The position numbers and the translations under genes are program-made. A model generated the notes under the pieces. That model did not search any database. It worked only from the letters and a program-made list of their open reading frames with translations, and had not been told where the DNA came from. DNA of 64,000 nucleotides from Podarcis muralis (taxonomy: Eukaryota), in contig NC_135671.1 of NCBI RefSeq assembly GCF_964188315.1, positions 30,256,001 to 30,320,000 of the forward strand, read 5' to 3'. This document shows positions 1 to 12,264 of this stretch, piece by piece. The stretch's first letter is position 1. Every line of letters starts with the position of its first letter.

Positions 1-582
1 TCTGCCATCAGGCCACCTTGCGCTGAATTTGATGGCTGAATCAAGGAATGGAAAGACCTCAGACTTGTTTACTTCCTGCAGCGTTAACAGTTTGCAATTC
101 AGCCATCACGCTTCACCCAGGTCCTCAGGCATGGAAAAAGAGACCCAAAGAATTAATCACACACCATATCTTAACTCACATCTTTTTTTTAAAAAAAGCA
201 ACAACAGTATTTCCCCCACTCAAATTATTAATGGCCTCCTTCAATTAATCACCATTCTCACTAATCATGTAATGATAACTAGTGATAGTTTAAGGATTAA
301 GGACTCAAAGGCAGGCAACCTATTATGTACATCATTAAGAAGAAAACACCACACGAAAAGTCAAGGCAGCAACGGATGGTCAGTGATTAAACATAGATCA
401 TGAATTGAAATTCACTGCAAACATTTGTGTTGTGCTTCCAGGTTATATTTTATAGTGCTAGTGATTGATTTAAGAGTCCAAGAGAAATACAAACTTTGGA
501 AACACGTGTAAAATCTCTGCTCTTGCATACAATGTATTTCCACATTGCTACAGGTTGTATGCAATTTATTTAATGCACCGTG

Positions 583-644
<62 letters not shown>
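583..644. repeat. (AAT)n microsatellite, tail of an adjacent L2-type 3' fragment
   Basis: About 20 perfect AAT units next to the ccctgcccatccggctgggtttccc segment that also ends the L2 copy at 39834. Confidence 0.9.
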
Positions 645-645
<1 letters not shown>

Positions 646-753
646 TATTTATGCCCTGCCCATCCGGCTGGGTTTCCCAAGCCTCTCTGGGGAATTTGAG
701 AATGGTAGTGTTAGAAAACACTACAGCTACCAAAGGAACATAATTTGAAGTAG

Positions 754-810
754 TCATAGAATCATAGAGTTGGAAGAGACCACAAGGGCCATCGAGTCCA
801 ATCCCCTGGT
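754..810 (-). mobile_element. CR1-type 3' tail fragment
   Basis: catagaatcatagagttggaagagacc...gtccaatccc, the reverse complement of the typical CR1 3' end. Confidence 0.7.
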
Positions 811-837
811 CTTGGCAGTACTTGATGATGATCTGGT

Positions 838-1088
838 TCAGGAGCCTTGGCTTGATGGTTGATCTGCTTGTTGTCCTTTCTCGGCATCCACCGACTGTTT
901 CTCCTCCGGCTGTGACTCTGGGGCTGGTTCTCCACTTCTAGCCACTCTGAATCTACTCATGTGCACAGCCTCCTCGTAAATGGGGGGTGTCTCCATCCCA
1001 GCAGGGTAATGTATGGGTGGGAAAACGCTGTGGGAATGAGCTACTGCAAGCATTCTTCTAGCAGCTGGACCAAACACCGAATGGAAGG
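838..1088 (-). CDS. TMEM52B: TMEM52B exon 5 (SVFGPAARRMLAVAHSHS...PPIYEEAVHMSRF..., stop)
   Basis: ttctcgttttcag| acceptor; conserved VFGPAARR and YEEA motifs; PPxY motif (PPIY); TGA at 840-838. Confidence 0.93.
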
Positions 1089-1370
1089 CTGAAAACGAGA
1101 AGAACACACAACTCTTCAGGTTACTTCCAGGAACTTAAATATCAGGAATGAGCGAGGATAAGAATGACCCCAATGCTGTGACTGATCGATGGTCAAGGAG
1201 GCTTCCGCCAAAGGAATGCGCACTGCAGAATGTACACAGAATTTATTGCCCAAGATAACATAGAAGAGATGTAGTGGGAGGGGGCAGGGGGGCCATTGCC
1301 CTGGGCGCTCATTTTTGAGGGGTTGCAATCAGGTGCCCCCGCAAAGGGCACGGAGTCCTGGCAGCTGAGG

Positions 1371-2122
1371 TTTTTTTTAAAAAAAATAAATTGACAAATT
1401 CAACATAACAAATTATCAAAACACATCATCTTCATTATTTCCCCCCATTCCCCCCCCACCTCCCCAACAAACCCTCCCTCCCTCCCCCCTACGACTTCCC
1501 TCAGCTCCTTTCTCTGATTTCTCAACCAATGTTAACTTCTGCACATTATAAAATGGTATACAGTGTTACCTCAGGTTAAGTACTTATTTCGTTCTGGAGG
1601 TCCGTACTTAACCTGAAACTGTTCTTAACCTGAAGCACCACTTTAGCTAATGGGGCCTCCCGCTGCCGCCACGCCGCCGGAGCACAATTTCTGTTCTCAT
1701 CCTGAAGCAAAGTTCTTAACCTGAAGCACTATTTCTGGGTTAGCGGAGTCTGTGACCTGAAGCGTATGTAACCCGAGGTACCACTGTACATCCTTATATT
1801 ATCTGTCTACTTTGTTAACCCTCAATAAATTTGTATATTTTTACTCAAGATCTGCCAAGGAACCCGATTCATTTTGCTGTCTTTTTAAATAATTTGCAAA
1901 AGGCTCCCATTCTTCTTTAAAGTCACAGTTGTCCTTGTCTCGTAATTTGTGTGTCAATTTTGCCAGTTCTCAGTTTTTCTTGCCACTGTTCTTTTGTCGG
2001 GGTTTCCTCATTCTTCCATCCTTGTGCAATCAAGACTCTTGCCGCTGTTGTTGCATACATCAATAAATTCTTTCTTTTCCTTGGCGGGTCTTGTCCTACA
2101 ATCCCTAACAAAAAGGCATTTT
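1371..2122 (-). mobile_element. 5'-truncated L1-clade LINE 3' end
   Basis: Poly(T) at left; ORF2 C-terminus AFLLGIVG...YATTAARVLIAQGWK; 12-bp TSD tggcagctgagg (1359-1370 and 2123-2134). Confidence 0.85.
1561..1786. mobile_element. Tc1/pogo (Tigger-like) MITE nested in the L1
   Basis: TIR cagtg(g/t)tacctc...gaggtaccactg flanked by TA. Confidence 0.9.
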
Positions 2123-2768
2123 TGGCAGCTGAGGGTTGGCGGCAGGTGGGTTGGTTTAGTGGGCAGGTGGGTGGAGGCAGTGGGGGCGGAGCCTGCTGGA
2201 GGCGAGCTCCGTTCACCCTCCATGTGGGCTCCACGCATGCCCCCCTGGCGCTCCCCTCCCCATTGCAGCTGCCCAGTCCACCAAGGGGGCACAAAACCTG
2301 CCTCGCCCTGTGTGCCAGCAACCCACGCTATGCCACTGTAGCTGCTTCTACAGCTCTGGATATCGACACCTACCTAGGGGCAGAGAGAGGCTGCGGCTGC
2401 AGTTTCCTTGTGCCTGGTCCGGCGGTTCCAGCGGAAAGAGGAGGGTGGGCGCCAATGCTGCTACCCACTCTCCTGGACTGTGGCACCCGAGTGTACCCTC
2501 TGTGCCGCTTTGCAAGCTCCCTGCATTCTCCACCCCTCCTTGAGGGACCTCTCTGCACACCCACCCTGGGCAGTGTTTCCATACACTCCACCGCTGAATA
2601 CATTAAAAAAACTGTAGCATCTCTTCATGGGAAGGAAGCAAGACTGGGATAATGGAAATGCAAAACGATCTGCTTCTTTCTTGGATGAAATGTCCAAGAC
2701 TGCTCTGCGCTGGTTTACTGGTTTTGCCTCAAAGGCAGATGGAGATTGGAGTAGGGTCCTTTCTATTG

Positions 2769-3366
2769 ATTTTTTAAAAAGTTTTTTTTTTTTAATTTTA
2801 TTTATTGGATTTTTCAACAGTGATATATCACACATAAATCATTAAAACAAGATTCCAAGGAATCTCCTGGACTTCCATCCTCCCCTATGTAGGTCCTATT
2901 ATTAATCATTTCCTCCCGGATCTTTTATAATACAGTGGTGCCTCGGGTTACATATGCTTCAGGTTACATATGCTTCAGGTTACAGACTCCGTTAACCCAG
3001 ACATATTACCTCGGGTTAAGAACTTTGCTTCAGGATGAGAACAGAAATCGTGTTCTGATGGCGCAGCGGCAGTGGGAGGCCGCATTAACTAAAGTGGTAC
3101 CTCAGGTTAAGAACAGTTTCAGGTTAAGAACGGACCTCCGGAACGAATTAAGTACTTAACCCGAGGTACCACTGTACTCCAAACCTTTTACCTCTTCCAT
3201 TATGTCCAGAATCAACCTTAAACAACAAGTGATATTCCAATCCTACTAACGATTTTAACTGTTTACAATGGTCTTTAACATAAGTTATAAATTTTACCCA
3301 TTCCTCATTAAAATTTTGGTCTTCCTGATTTCTGACTTTTCCAGTCATTTTAGCCATTTCAGCATA
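2769..3366 (-). mobile_element. L1-clade LINE 3' fragment
   Basis: T-rich tail; ORF2 end MAKMTGKVRNQ...EEWVKFITY. Confidence 0.75.
2933..3174. mobile_element. Tc1/pogo MITE nested in the L1
   Basis: TA-cagtggtgcctcggg...ccgaggtaccactg-TA. Confidence 0.9.
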
Positions 3367-3590
3367 CAGCGGTACCTCGGGTTAAGAACTTAATTTGTTC
3401 TGGAGGTCCGTTCTTAATCTGAAATGGTTCTTAACCTGAGGTACGACTTTAGCCAATGGGGCCTTTCGCTGCCGCCGAGGCAGGATTTCTGTTCTCATCC
3501 TGAAGCAAAGTTCTTAACCCAAGGTACTATTTCTGGGTTAGCGGAGTCTGTAACCTGAAGCGTCTGTAACCTGAAGCATCTGTAACCTGC
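3367..3590. mobile_element. Tc1/pogo MITE, right TIR lost
   Basis: Same family as 1561; starts ta-cagcggtacctcggg. Confidence 0.8.
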
Positions 3591-3657
3591 AGTAACAATG
3601 TAGTCCGTTAACTCGATCTGCCATTCTTCTCTAGTAGGAACCTTTCTATAGATTTTA

Positions 3658-3909
<252 letters not shown>

Positions 3910-4654
3910 TTATTGTTCATACTAAGTAGGAACATGGGCATAGCCTATGATTACCAGACATCCCTGTTTCCCGGGGACAGTCCCAGGATTGACAAATCTG
4001 TCCCTGGACAAAATCCGTCCCCAGAATGTCCCCGGATTTCATTTAATGTCCCCGGATTTAAATTTTAAGTGTTGTAGATTTATTAGTAGGGAATGAACGT
4101 TGCGTGATTGGTTCAACGGCACAAGACACATCATATGGGGACTTCCAGCGACGCAAAATGGCGGGCGCCGTGGCAATGAGCAGCTTCTGAAGCCAGCCAT
4201 AGCCAACTGCACTACCAGGCTGGCTCCGGGCTGCTGAGACTGCCACTGCCACCAGCACTGCCTAGGGGGAACCGAGGACACCCATCACATCAACTGGGGG
4301 AACCGCTGACACACACGCACACAACCCAAATCGAGCCAGGCGCAAGAGTGCCCGGCCAACTGCCCAGCAGCGCTCCAGGGCCAGGAAAACCCTGGAGCCG
4401 ACGCAGGGAGAAGGAGGAGAGGAGAAGGAGAAGGCAGAGAGAGAAAGAGGAAGGAGAAAAAAGAGGGGAGCCCCGACCTTGCCGCACCGCTGCCACCACT
4501 CAGGAGAAGAGGTAGGAGAGCACCGGGAGGGCAAGGACACATGGCCAGGCCCAGGCCTAACCCGAGCCTACTCCATGGTAGCTAGCGCTCCAAGGCAGCA
4601 GGCCGGGGCCCAGAGGAAGGCCACATGACAGAGGAAACCACAGAAGAGAAGATA

Positions 4655-5156
4655 CAGTGGTGCCCCGCAAGACGAATGCCTCGCAAGACGGAAAACCCGC
4701 TAGACGAAAGGGTTTTCCGTTTTGGAGGTGCTTCGCAAAACGAATTTCCTATGGGCTTGCTTCGCAAGACGAAAATGTATTGCGAGTTCCTGCAGGGTTT
4801 TTTTCCTCCCCCCCCCCTTTTTCCCAAGCTGCTAAGCCGCTTATCAGCTGATCCGCTAAGCCGCTTAACAGCTGATCCGCTAAGCCGCTAAACAGCTGAT
4901 CGCTAAGCCACTTATCAGCTGATCCGCTAAGCCGCTAAGCCGCTTAATAGCTGATCGCTAAGCCGCTTATCAGCTGATCCGCTAAGCCGCTTAACAGCTG
5001 ATCCGCTAAGCCGCTTAACAGCTGATCGCTAAGCCGCTTATCAGCTGATCCGCTAAGCCCGCTAAGCCGCTAATAGTGCTTGCTTCGCAAGATGGAAAAA
5101 CCGCAAGACGAAGAGACTCGCGGAACGGATTCTTTTCGTCTTGCGAGGCACCGCTG
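4655..5156. mobile_element. Tc1/pogo MITE with internal minisatellite, nested in the hAT element
   Basis: TA-cagtggtgccccgcaagacg...cgtcttgcgaggcaccgctg-TA. Confidence 0.85.
4826..5075. repeat. About 23-24 bp minisatellite (ccgctaagccgctt(a/t)(a/t)cagctgat)
   Basis: About nine tandem units, mostly containing CAGCTG. Confidence 0.9.
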
Positions 5157-5846
5157 TATTACTTTTTATTTTTTTTAAATAACTTTTAAAAAATATATTC
5201 CCCCCCCCTTTTTTAAAAATAAAAAAAGTGTCCCCGGATTATTTGAAAAAAATCTGGTAACCTTAGCATAGACAGGCTTTATGTTGGGGGGACAGGCTTC
5301 ATGTTAGGGGGGCAGAACCTCAGTTAGTTAAGTATTTTCATTGATTTACTTGATTTAGGGGGAAGCTGCTCCCTGTCCCCCCCCCCCTCGTTAAGCCCAT
5401 GTGTAGTAACCCAAACATCATGAATCAAGTGATGAGCAGATCTCCCAGCACTCCATCCTTTTGTTCCAAAATAAGTCCATTTGCCCCTTCTCGGGCTGGC
5501 AGCTTTGTCGGCGGCCCCCCGGGCCTCCTCTGTGAATCGGCCTATCGTCCTCCTGCCACCAAATTGGTCAATGGCGGAAAGAATTAGAGGGCATTCCCCT
5601 GGGCGCGGGAACAACTAGCCAATAGTGACGCTTGGCCCCATGCCCAGAGCAAGGATAAATTCCTGGCCTGCTGGGCATTTTGGTGTCTCTCTCGCTGCGA
5701 TGGTGCACACACACCATTTGAATGGCAATGCCCTTCAACTTTTGAGGGGCTCGGCCCCCTCAAATACTTTGGAGTACATAGGAGTTGGTTCCTATGTCTG
5801 CAGTTTGTTCCAGAAGCAGAGCAATTCAATTTGTTCCTTCAGTCTA

Positions 5847-6097
5847 CAGTCGTACCTTGGAAGTCAAACGGAATCCGTTCCGGAAGTCCATTCAACTTCC
5901 AAAACATTTGGAAACCAAAGCACAGCTTCTGATTGGCTGCAGGAAGCCCCTGCAGCCAATCGGAAGCCACAGAAGCCCCATCAAACATTTGGCTTCCTAA
6001 AGAACGTTTGAAAACTGGAACACTCACTTCTGGGTTTTGATCATTTGGGAGCCGATTTGTTCAGGAGCCAGGGCGTTTGAGATCCAAGGTACGACTG
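5847..6097. mobile_element. Tc1/pogo MITE (second family)
   Basis: TA-cagtcgtaccttgg...ccaaggtacgactg-TA. Confidence 0.88.
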
Positions 6098-6339
6098 TAT
6101 TTGCCTTCCCTGCCCCACTCCCCCTGCCCCACATCTAGAATGACAAAACACTACCCAAAGGCACTCTTGAACTTTGTTTCTGTGTGGTGTTTTATCAATG
6201 CACACGTGCAAATCTGGTAACTGAGAAGAAAAAATATATGAACTACTGTTGGAACCTACTGTAAACCACATGTGCACGTTGGTCTTGCAAAATTTAGAAG
6301 CAGGACATCAAACAATGAAGAATTTCTAATTTACCAATA

Positions 6340-6967
6340 CAGTGGTATTTTGGTAGTCAAATGCCTTAAAGGTAAAGGTACCCCTGCCCGTACGGGCCAG
6401 TCTTGTCAGACTCTGGGGTTGTGTGCTCATCTCACTCTAGAGGCCAGGAGCCGGCGCCGTCCGCAGACACTTTCGGGTCACGTGGCCAGTGTGACATCAC
6501 TGCTCTGGCGAGCCTGCACCAGCGCAGCACACGGAACGCCATTTACCTTCCCGCTATAAAGCGGTACCTATTTATCTACTTGCACTTTAAGGGTGCTTTC
6601 GAACTGCTAGGTGGGCAGGAGCTGGGACCAAAAGATGGGAGCTCACCCCGCCGCGGGGATTCGAACCGCCGACCATACAATCGGCAAGTCCTAGGCACTG
6701 TGGTTTTACCCACAGCGCCACCCGCGTCCCTAGTCAAATGCCTTAGTTGTCGAACAAATCAACTCCCGAATGTCGCAAACCCGGAAGTGAGTGTTCCGGT
6801 TTGTGAACGTTTTTTGGAAGCTGAATGCCTGATGGTGCTTCTGCAGCTTCTGATTGGCTGCAGGAAGTTCCTGCAGCCTATCAGAATCTGCACCTTGGTT
6901 TTTGAACCATTTTGGGGGTCAAACGGACTCCCGGAAAGGATTAAATTCAAGAACCAAGGTATGACTG
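6340..6967. mobile_element. Tc1/pogo MITE interrupted by a Sauria SINE
   Basis: TA-cagtggtatttt...ccaaggtatgactg-TA; internal similarity to 5847. Confidence 0.8.
6369..6730 (-). mobile_element. Sauria SINE, full length
   Basis: tRNA-like head GGGACGCGGGTGGCGCTGTGGG...GGTTCGAATCCC; (ACCTTT)n tail; 15-bp TSD tagtcaaatgcctta. Confidence 0.9.
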
Positions 6968-7562
6968 TATCATTTTGGAAGGACACTGGATGCAAGGGGA
7001 CACTTCCTCCTCATCCAGTCCCTGAATCCAGGGGGATATACGGTAATATTAGGGCTGCTGGCTGAGGTAGGAGACCTGAATGTGCGCCATAGCATTTTAA
7101 TCTGCAGGCTTTACAGGAATCACATGTCCTCTGCATGAACAATCCATCTAGGTAGAAAACTAATACAACGATAATAGTATGGCTAGTCCTCTCTCTGTAA
7201 TGGTAGTTTTCTATGCTGGGGTATGTTAATATTTTAAACAGAGGTGTTCTAGCCCTATTCAAAGTGGATCTTTTTGAAATTAATGGTCATTTAGGCCCAT
7301 TAATTTCAATGGCTCTACTCTGAGCGGAAATCAGTTAGATACAAGCCCCAACCTGCAAATTGATATGGCCCAGCCCTAGCACAGGTTTGGGTCTTCAGTG
7401 AAAATTAGGCTTCAATGGAAACAGAACTCAGTACTGCACAGAAACCCCAGGCTGTCACAATGCACATTCCAGGACAGCGTGCAGCTGGTGGCATCATTCA
7501 TCAACACAAACATCACACAACTGACACAGTTACAACATGTTTTTTTCCAAAAAGAAACTTAC

Positions 7563-7601
7563 CAGATGTACCAGAGATGGACCCAGTTTTGGCTTGAGCA
7601 G
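7563..7601 (-). CDS. TMEM52B: TMEM52B exon 3 (CSSQNWVHLWYIW)
   Basis: ttctccccaaag|C...TG|gtaag, 39 nt; WVHLWYIW is the TMEM52B signature as I recall it. Confidence 0.92.
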
Positions 7602-8964
7602 CTTTGGGGAGAACTGGCGATTCAAGAAAATGTTAATATCATAGAAATAAAAGCCAGGTTTGCACATCCATGAATGCCCCTATTTCCCTTTGCTTGGTTA
7701 CTCAAGATTTGTTAAGTAGAACATTAAAAGTGATCAGAGGAGACAGGACAGTTTAATCAATGCTTAACATTCATCTGATTCATGGTATTTAGCTGAAGAC
7801 CACCTTGGGAGAAAGGCAGGATATGAATATATTAGATTAAATCAATAAATGATTTGGTTTTGTAATCTGCACAGTTACTTCAAACATCTTAAGCCTCAGC
7901 CATCTCTAATACTTCTTTTCTTTGAACATCCCAAGTGCAGATAAACACAGGAAATTTACTGGGTGATAACAGAGGGCTGACAATGAGATGCTTGTTTGAA
8001 AGAAGGCGGGCGATGTAAGCTTTTAAAGTGAGACTTTTCCTTTCAAGACTATGTTCAGTTGGTTCCAAGTAGCTCAGAACTCCTCTTCTGCACACACAAT
8101 TTCCACAGCGCTCACTGACATTATTTAAGGATCTCTCTAAACCTGGCCCCAAGAGGCAAAGAAGTCTAGTGGCCTTCAAAAGTTGTGACTCTATGCATCA
8201 AGCACGGATTCACGTTTGAAGCATGTGGTCCAGGACTGACCTTAAGACTAATTCTGGAAAGCTTGCTTTGCTGGAGAGGGTGTGACACCCCCCCCCCCCA
8301 ATAATCCCACACCTATGGTGAGATTTTGAGAAAGTGCAGGAGTTCTGGTTTAAAATATTTGCAAACTGGGCAAGTAAACAAGCCTAAGATCACCCCAGAG
8401 CCAGCATTGGCATACATCTCCATTTTCTGTGGAAGAATGACAATTCCCAGACATTACAAATCCACAATGACAAAACTGTTAGTGGCAGAGTGACTCAAAT
8501 TTTCCAAAAATTGGGGAACATCTGAACACATTTCCATGAAAAATTGTTAAACTGGGCTATGGCAACTGGGCCTTTAGGAGAAATTGACACAAGAACATAG
8601 GGAAACCCACACCAACAAGTTCAAAGTGACCCAATACAATATCCGTTTCCCTGCCTTGTTCATAGCTGTTTTCTTTTTTTTAAGGGAAATTCCCTTATTC
8701 CGAATAGGATTCCTCGCAAGAAAAGGGAAAAGTTGACAGCTATGGCCTTGTTACTGAAGGGGATTCAGATAGGTGGCTCCCAAGTCTTATTTTGGATGTT
8801 GGAAGTTGGATGCCAAGTTCCCCAAAATTTCTTGCGAGTCTGTAACTTCTGGTCAGACTCTTTAAAATGGCTGTTGCAGCCCCCTGTACAATGAAACCAG
8901 TTAGGAAATGATGGCGTTTGTATCACCACTAAATACACTTTCTCGAGGACCCAAGCTTTCCTTA

Positions 8965-9194
8965 CAGGGGTCAGCAAACTTTTTCAGCAGGGGGCCAATC
9001 CACTGTCCCTGAGACCTTGTGGGGGGCTGGACTATATTTGGGGGGGGGTGATAAACAAATTCCTATGCCCCACAAATAACCCAGAGCTGCATTTTAAATA
9101 AAAGGAAACATTCTACTCATGTAAAAACACTCTGATTCCGCGGGTTGGATTTAGAAGGCGATCTGGCCCCCGGACCTTAGTTTGCCTACCCATG
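8965..9194. mobile_element. hAT MITE
   Basis: caggggtcagcaaac...gtttgcctacccatg; same family as 25824; no TSD visible. Confidence 0.75.
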
Positions 9195-9326
9195 ATTGAG
9201 ACCATTGCCAAAGAGTGTGTGTCTCCCCCTCAATCTTCCACCTGAAAACTGAGGCAAAATTTTACTTAATTTCACTCAAAATTTCAATCTACTGCAAGAA
9301 GCAGTTAATTCCATGAACATACTCAC

Positions 9327-9370
9327 TGGTCAGTGCCTGAACAGCTCTCCTGCAGTGTCACCTGAGGAAT
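9327..9370 (-). CDS. TMEM52B: TMEM52B exon 2 (IPQVTLQESCSGTDH)
   Basis: ttgaag|ATT...CA|gtgagt, 44 nt, phase 0 to 2; a second in-frame acceptor 9 nt downstream is possible. Confidence 0.78.
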
Positions 9371-9431
9371 CTTCAAGAGATGAAAAAGTCAAAGTGGCTT
9401 TTATTCTTTCCTCTACGTCCACTCCATTTTT

Positions 9432-9557
9432 AAATCATAGAATCGGAAGGGACTCTAAGGGTCATCTAATCCAACCTGAATATGCAGTCGGGCCATACAG
9501 GGATCAAACCTGCAACCCTGGTGTTATCAGCACCGCATTCTAACCAACTGAGCTATC
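9432..9557 (-). mobile_element. tRNA(Ile)-derived SINE with CR1-type tail
   Basis: Minus strand TAGCTCAGTTGGTTAGA...GCTGATAAC...GGTTTGATCCC followed by a CR1-type tail. Confidence 0.7.
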
Positions 9558-9747
9558 TTTGCCTTCTTCCTCAAGGGATATAATATTAATTTTTGTTCTA
9601 CACCCCAGCCAGATATTTCATTCTTTTCTCTCTCTCCACTACATGACTGAGAGATGCCTTCTGCATTTCACAATACAGACCCCTTTTTGAATTCTAATTC
9701 CCTGCTGGCTTTCCTTTCTGGCCAAACCGAAATCCAAGGCGCCTTAC

Positions 9748-9801
9748 CTGAGACAGACATGTCAGAGCAGAGATGGCCACAACTCGGCTCGTCTTCCCCA
9801 T
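9748..9801 (-). CDS. TMEM52B: TMEM52B coding exon 1 (MGKTSRVVAISALTCLSQ, signal-peptide-like)
   Basis: ATG at 9801-9799, 54 nt, ends CAG|gtaag; phase 0 joins exon 2 in frame. Confidence 0.8.
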
Positions 9802-11428
9802 CAGTGAATCTTCTGTTGCTCAGTCTTCTGTCCTCCAAAGCAGGGACCTCCTTGCAACCTCACGTTCATCATGCGCCATCTTCAAGCCGGCATAAGAGAC
9901 ATTGAAATTGCCTGGGGGCGCCACATCTCACAGCTTTTATTCTTTATACTTTTGCCCCCATCACGTAGCCTTTCTTAGAAATTCACACTTCCTCTCTTTT
10001 AGCTCTGATCGATCTTCTATATGGACACACACAGAAATATAGGCAAATTGTACATGCATAATCTCAGTAGCATATACCTTAGAAAGTCAAAGAAAGCTGA
10101 GGAGTGTCTTGTTCTGGTGCCCTGTGAAAAAGTGCTCCTGTATCACTCTGTAGTGCTACCTGTCCCCTTGCCTTCACCACCCCAACCCCCAGAACAAAGT
10201 TCAGGATGAAGCAACTGACCTTCTGCTTTACCTAGGTTGAGAGGTCTATTCCTCTGCCTCCTGCATCTATGTCCTTATCGCTTTGCAATGAGCAAGAGGG
10301 GATACTTGAAAAACGACGGAAAAAGCATTTCCCAGTATTCCACCCATGCGTTCCACTAATCCCCCATGGCCTCCCTTGCTCCAAAGTTTCAATAAAGCAC
10401 CAAAGGTATAAACATTAATCTGTAGCAAATGATTGCTACTTCCCTGTTTAGACCCACATGCTTTCCACGCTTTTTACTTTAGTGGCGTTTGGCTTTCTTC
10501 TCTCAATTCTCCCTCAAGCGGTTACATTAAAAAGTCTCTTAACGGCCTGTTTCCCCCCTTGTATAATAACCACTATTACATTCCTGCATGTTCCGCATAT
10601 AAATACATGAGCTGAGCATGCAGATTTGGATATAGCAGTAGGGGAGGAATGGTAAACATTTCCGAAGAATCCATAATTCAAATTTCAGTCGGTCATAACA
10701 CAATTGGTTTTTGCGCTTAATAATCCTTCTGCTCTGGGGCTGTATTGCATCTGGAAAAGTCTGGCAGGTGTTTTACCCTCTGCTACAACCGTGACAACAA
10801 TTCAGCTGGTGAATCATTACTCTGGCATAATTTTCAGAGCCAGTGAGCAGAACCGATGGATTTTTTATTTATTTATTTATTTTAAATAGCAGTCACGAAA
10901 CTAGAATTTAAACAGGCATGTCAGGTGTATATGCTCCAAGGAGAACAGCATGCATATAAAATGCAGAAATACAGACAGCAGCATGTTGACACGGATGCTG
11001 GATCCAGAAACTGACTCTGTTGGTGCTGGTTCAGGACCACCTGACCCCCAAACAGAACTGAATATTTCCCCTTGAATATTTTGCCCTTCAAGGTCAAGGT
11101 CCTGAGTGGAATACTGAGAAATACTTTTCCATTCATTTTTCAAGCACCACCACTTCTTCGCTGCAAAACAAAAAGCACATAAATGCAGAAGGGGATTTGG
11201 CAAAAACCCCATCTGGAAGGGCCCTATATCTAATTATCTAATGGGCAAATAAAAAATTATAAGCTCCCCCCCCCCATATGTTGCTCTGCAGGTTTAAATT
11301 ATATAAATATTATTGCTAAGATAAATTTATGCTGTAAAAATGGCAAAGCTCCGTTTTGCGTATGCTGTATATGTGTCAGCCAACAATTTTCAAAAAGCAA
11401 TTGTCGGAACAGGCAAACTAATTCTGTG

Positions 11429-11670
11429 CAGTGGTACCTCGGGTTAAGAACTTAATTTGTTCTGGAGGTCCGTTCTTAACCTGGAATTGTTCTTAACCTG
11501 AGGTACCACTTTAGTTAATGGGGCCTCCCGCTGCCGCTGCACTGCAGCCATGCGATATCTGCTCTCATCCTGAAGCAAAGTTCTTAACCCGAGGTACTAT
11601 TTCTGGGTTAGTGGAGTCTGTAACCTGAAGCGTCTGTAACCTGAAGCACTTGTAACCCGAGGTACCACTG
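11429..11670. mobile_element. Tc1/pogo MITE (1561 family)
   Basis: cagtggtacctcggg...ccgaggtaccactg-TA. Confidence 0.88.
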
Positions 11671-11724
11671 TATTTGTTTGCTCCGAAGGTCTCCTCACTG
11701 AATTCAACCTAATGAGATGGGAGA

Positions 11725-11982
11725 TGTTAAGTTGTGGGTGAACATATCAGACGACACAGCGATTCTTCAAACAGCTCTTGTTTATTCACAGGCCAGAACA
11801 GAACTGAACTGAAGGGTTCAGCCAACCTGCTTATATAGAGCTCCAGTACAACGCAACTGTAACAACTTTCTGTAACTATCCAATCACTGAACGTCACTTT
11901 TGATCCCTTATTTGCATATGTGGACCTGAACTATCTACAGTATCCCCCTGCTGGCCCAGGGTGAGAACTTCAGTACATAACA
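11725..11982 (-). mobile_element. Solo LTR (LTR retrotransposon)
   Basis: TG...CA ends; 5-bp TSD GGAGA; on the minus strand ATGCAAAT, TATATAAG and AATAAA. Confidence 0.88.
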
Positions 11983-12226
11983 GGAGAACTAAGGAAAAGG
12001 AACTTATGCCATACTAATTGTTTTTTGAGAAAGCAAAAGAGCAGAAATTAGGTCCATTCCAAATCAATTCAAATTTCTGAAAAACAACAGACATACTTTC
12101 ACATGATTCCCTGTTTAGTCTTTACTGGGGTGAAGTAAGAGCAGAAGAAGCCACCTCCACAAAGATAAGCAGAAATGTTGAGTTTTTCCAGCATACCCAA
12201 CTGCCCCCAGCCCAAATATACAGTAC

Positions 12227-12264
<38 letters not shown>

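Larger units (their letters stand above)
1272..2338. mobile_element. Degenerate hAT-type non-autonomous element hosting an L1 insertion
   Basis: Right end cccacgctatgccactg matches the TIR of the hAT MITEs at 15444 and 19374; left end eroded; no clean TSD. Confidence 0.45.
3946..5265. mobile_element. hAT non-autonomous element in TMEM52B intron 3
   Basis: TIRs tatgattaccaga / tctggtaacctta; subterminal gtccc repeats; 8-bp TSD gcatagcc / gcatagac. Confidence 0.8.

Noticed and set aside
555-757. Poly-Asn/Leu, poly-Asp/Ile and poly-Glu/Pro ORFs (also 12115-12441 and 21255-21543)
   Set aside because: Translations of microsatellites
1923-2652. Overlapping 94-233 aa ORFs
   Set aside because: They are composites of an antisense L1 end, a GC-rich hAT remnant and intron sequence, with no protein-like features beyond the L1 part
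4826-5075. Regularly spaced ~24-bp repeats resembling a CRISPR array
   Set aside because: There are no unique spacers; it is a pure tandem minisatellite inside a eukaryotic MITE with no cas genes
7889-8179. Cys-containing ORF as TMEM52B exon 2
   Set aside because: No compatible splice sites; 9327-9370 fits phase, size and sequence far better
9485-9557. Functional tRNA-Ile gene
   Set aside because: The acceptor stem is broken, the B-box is degenerate and it is fused to a CR1 tail, so it is a SINE head
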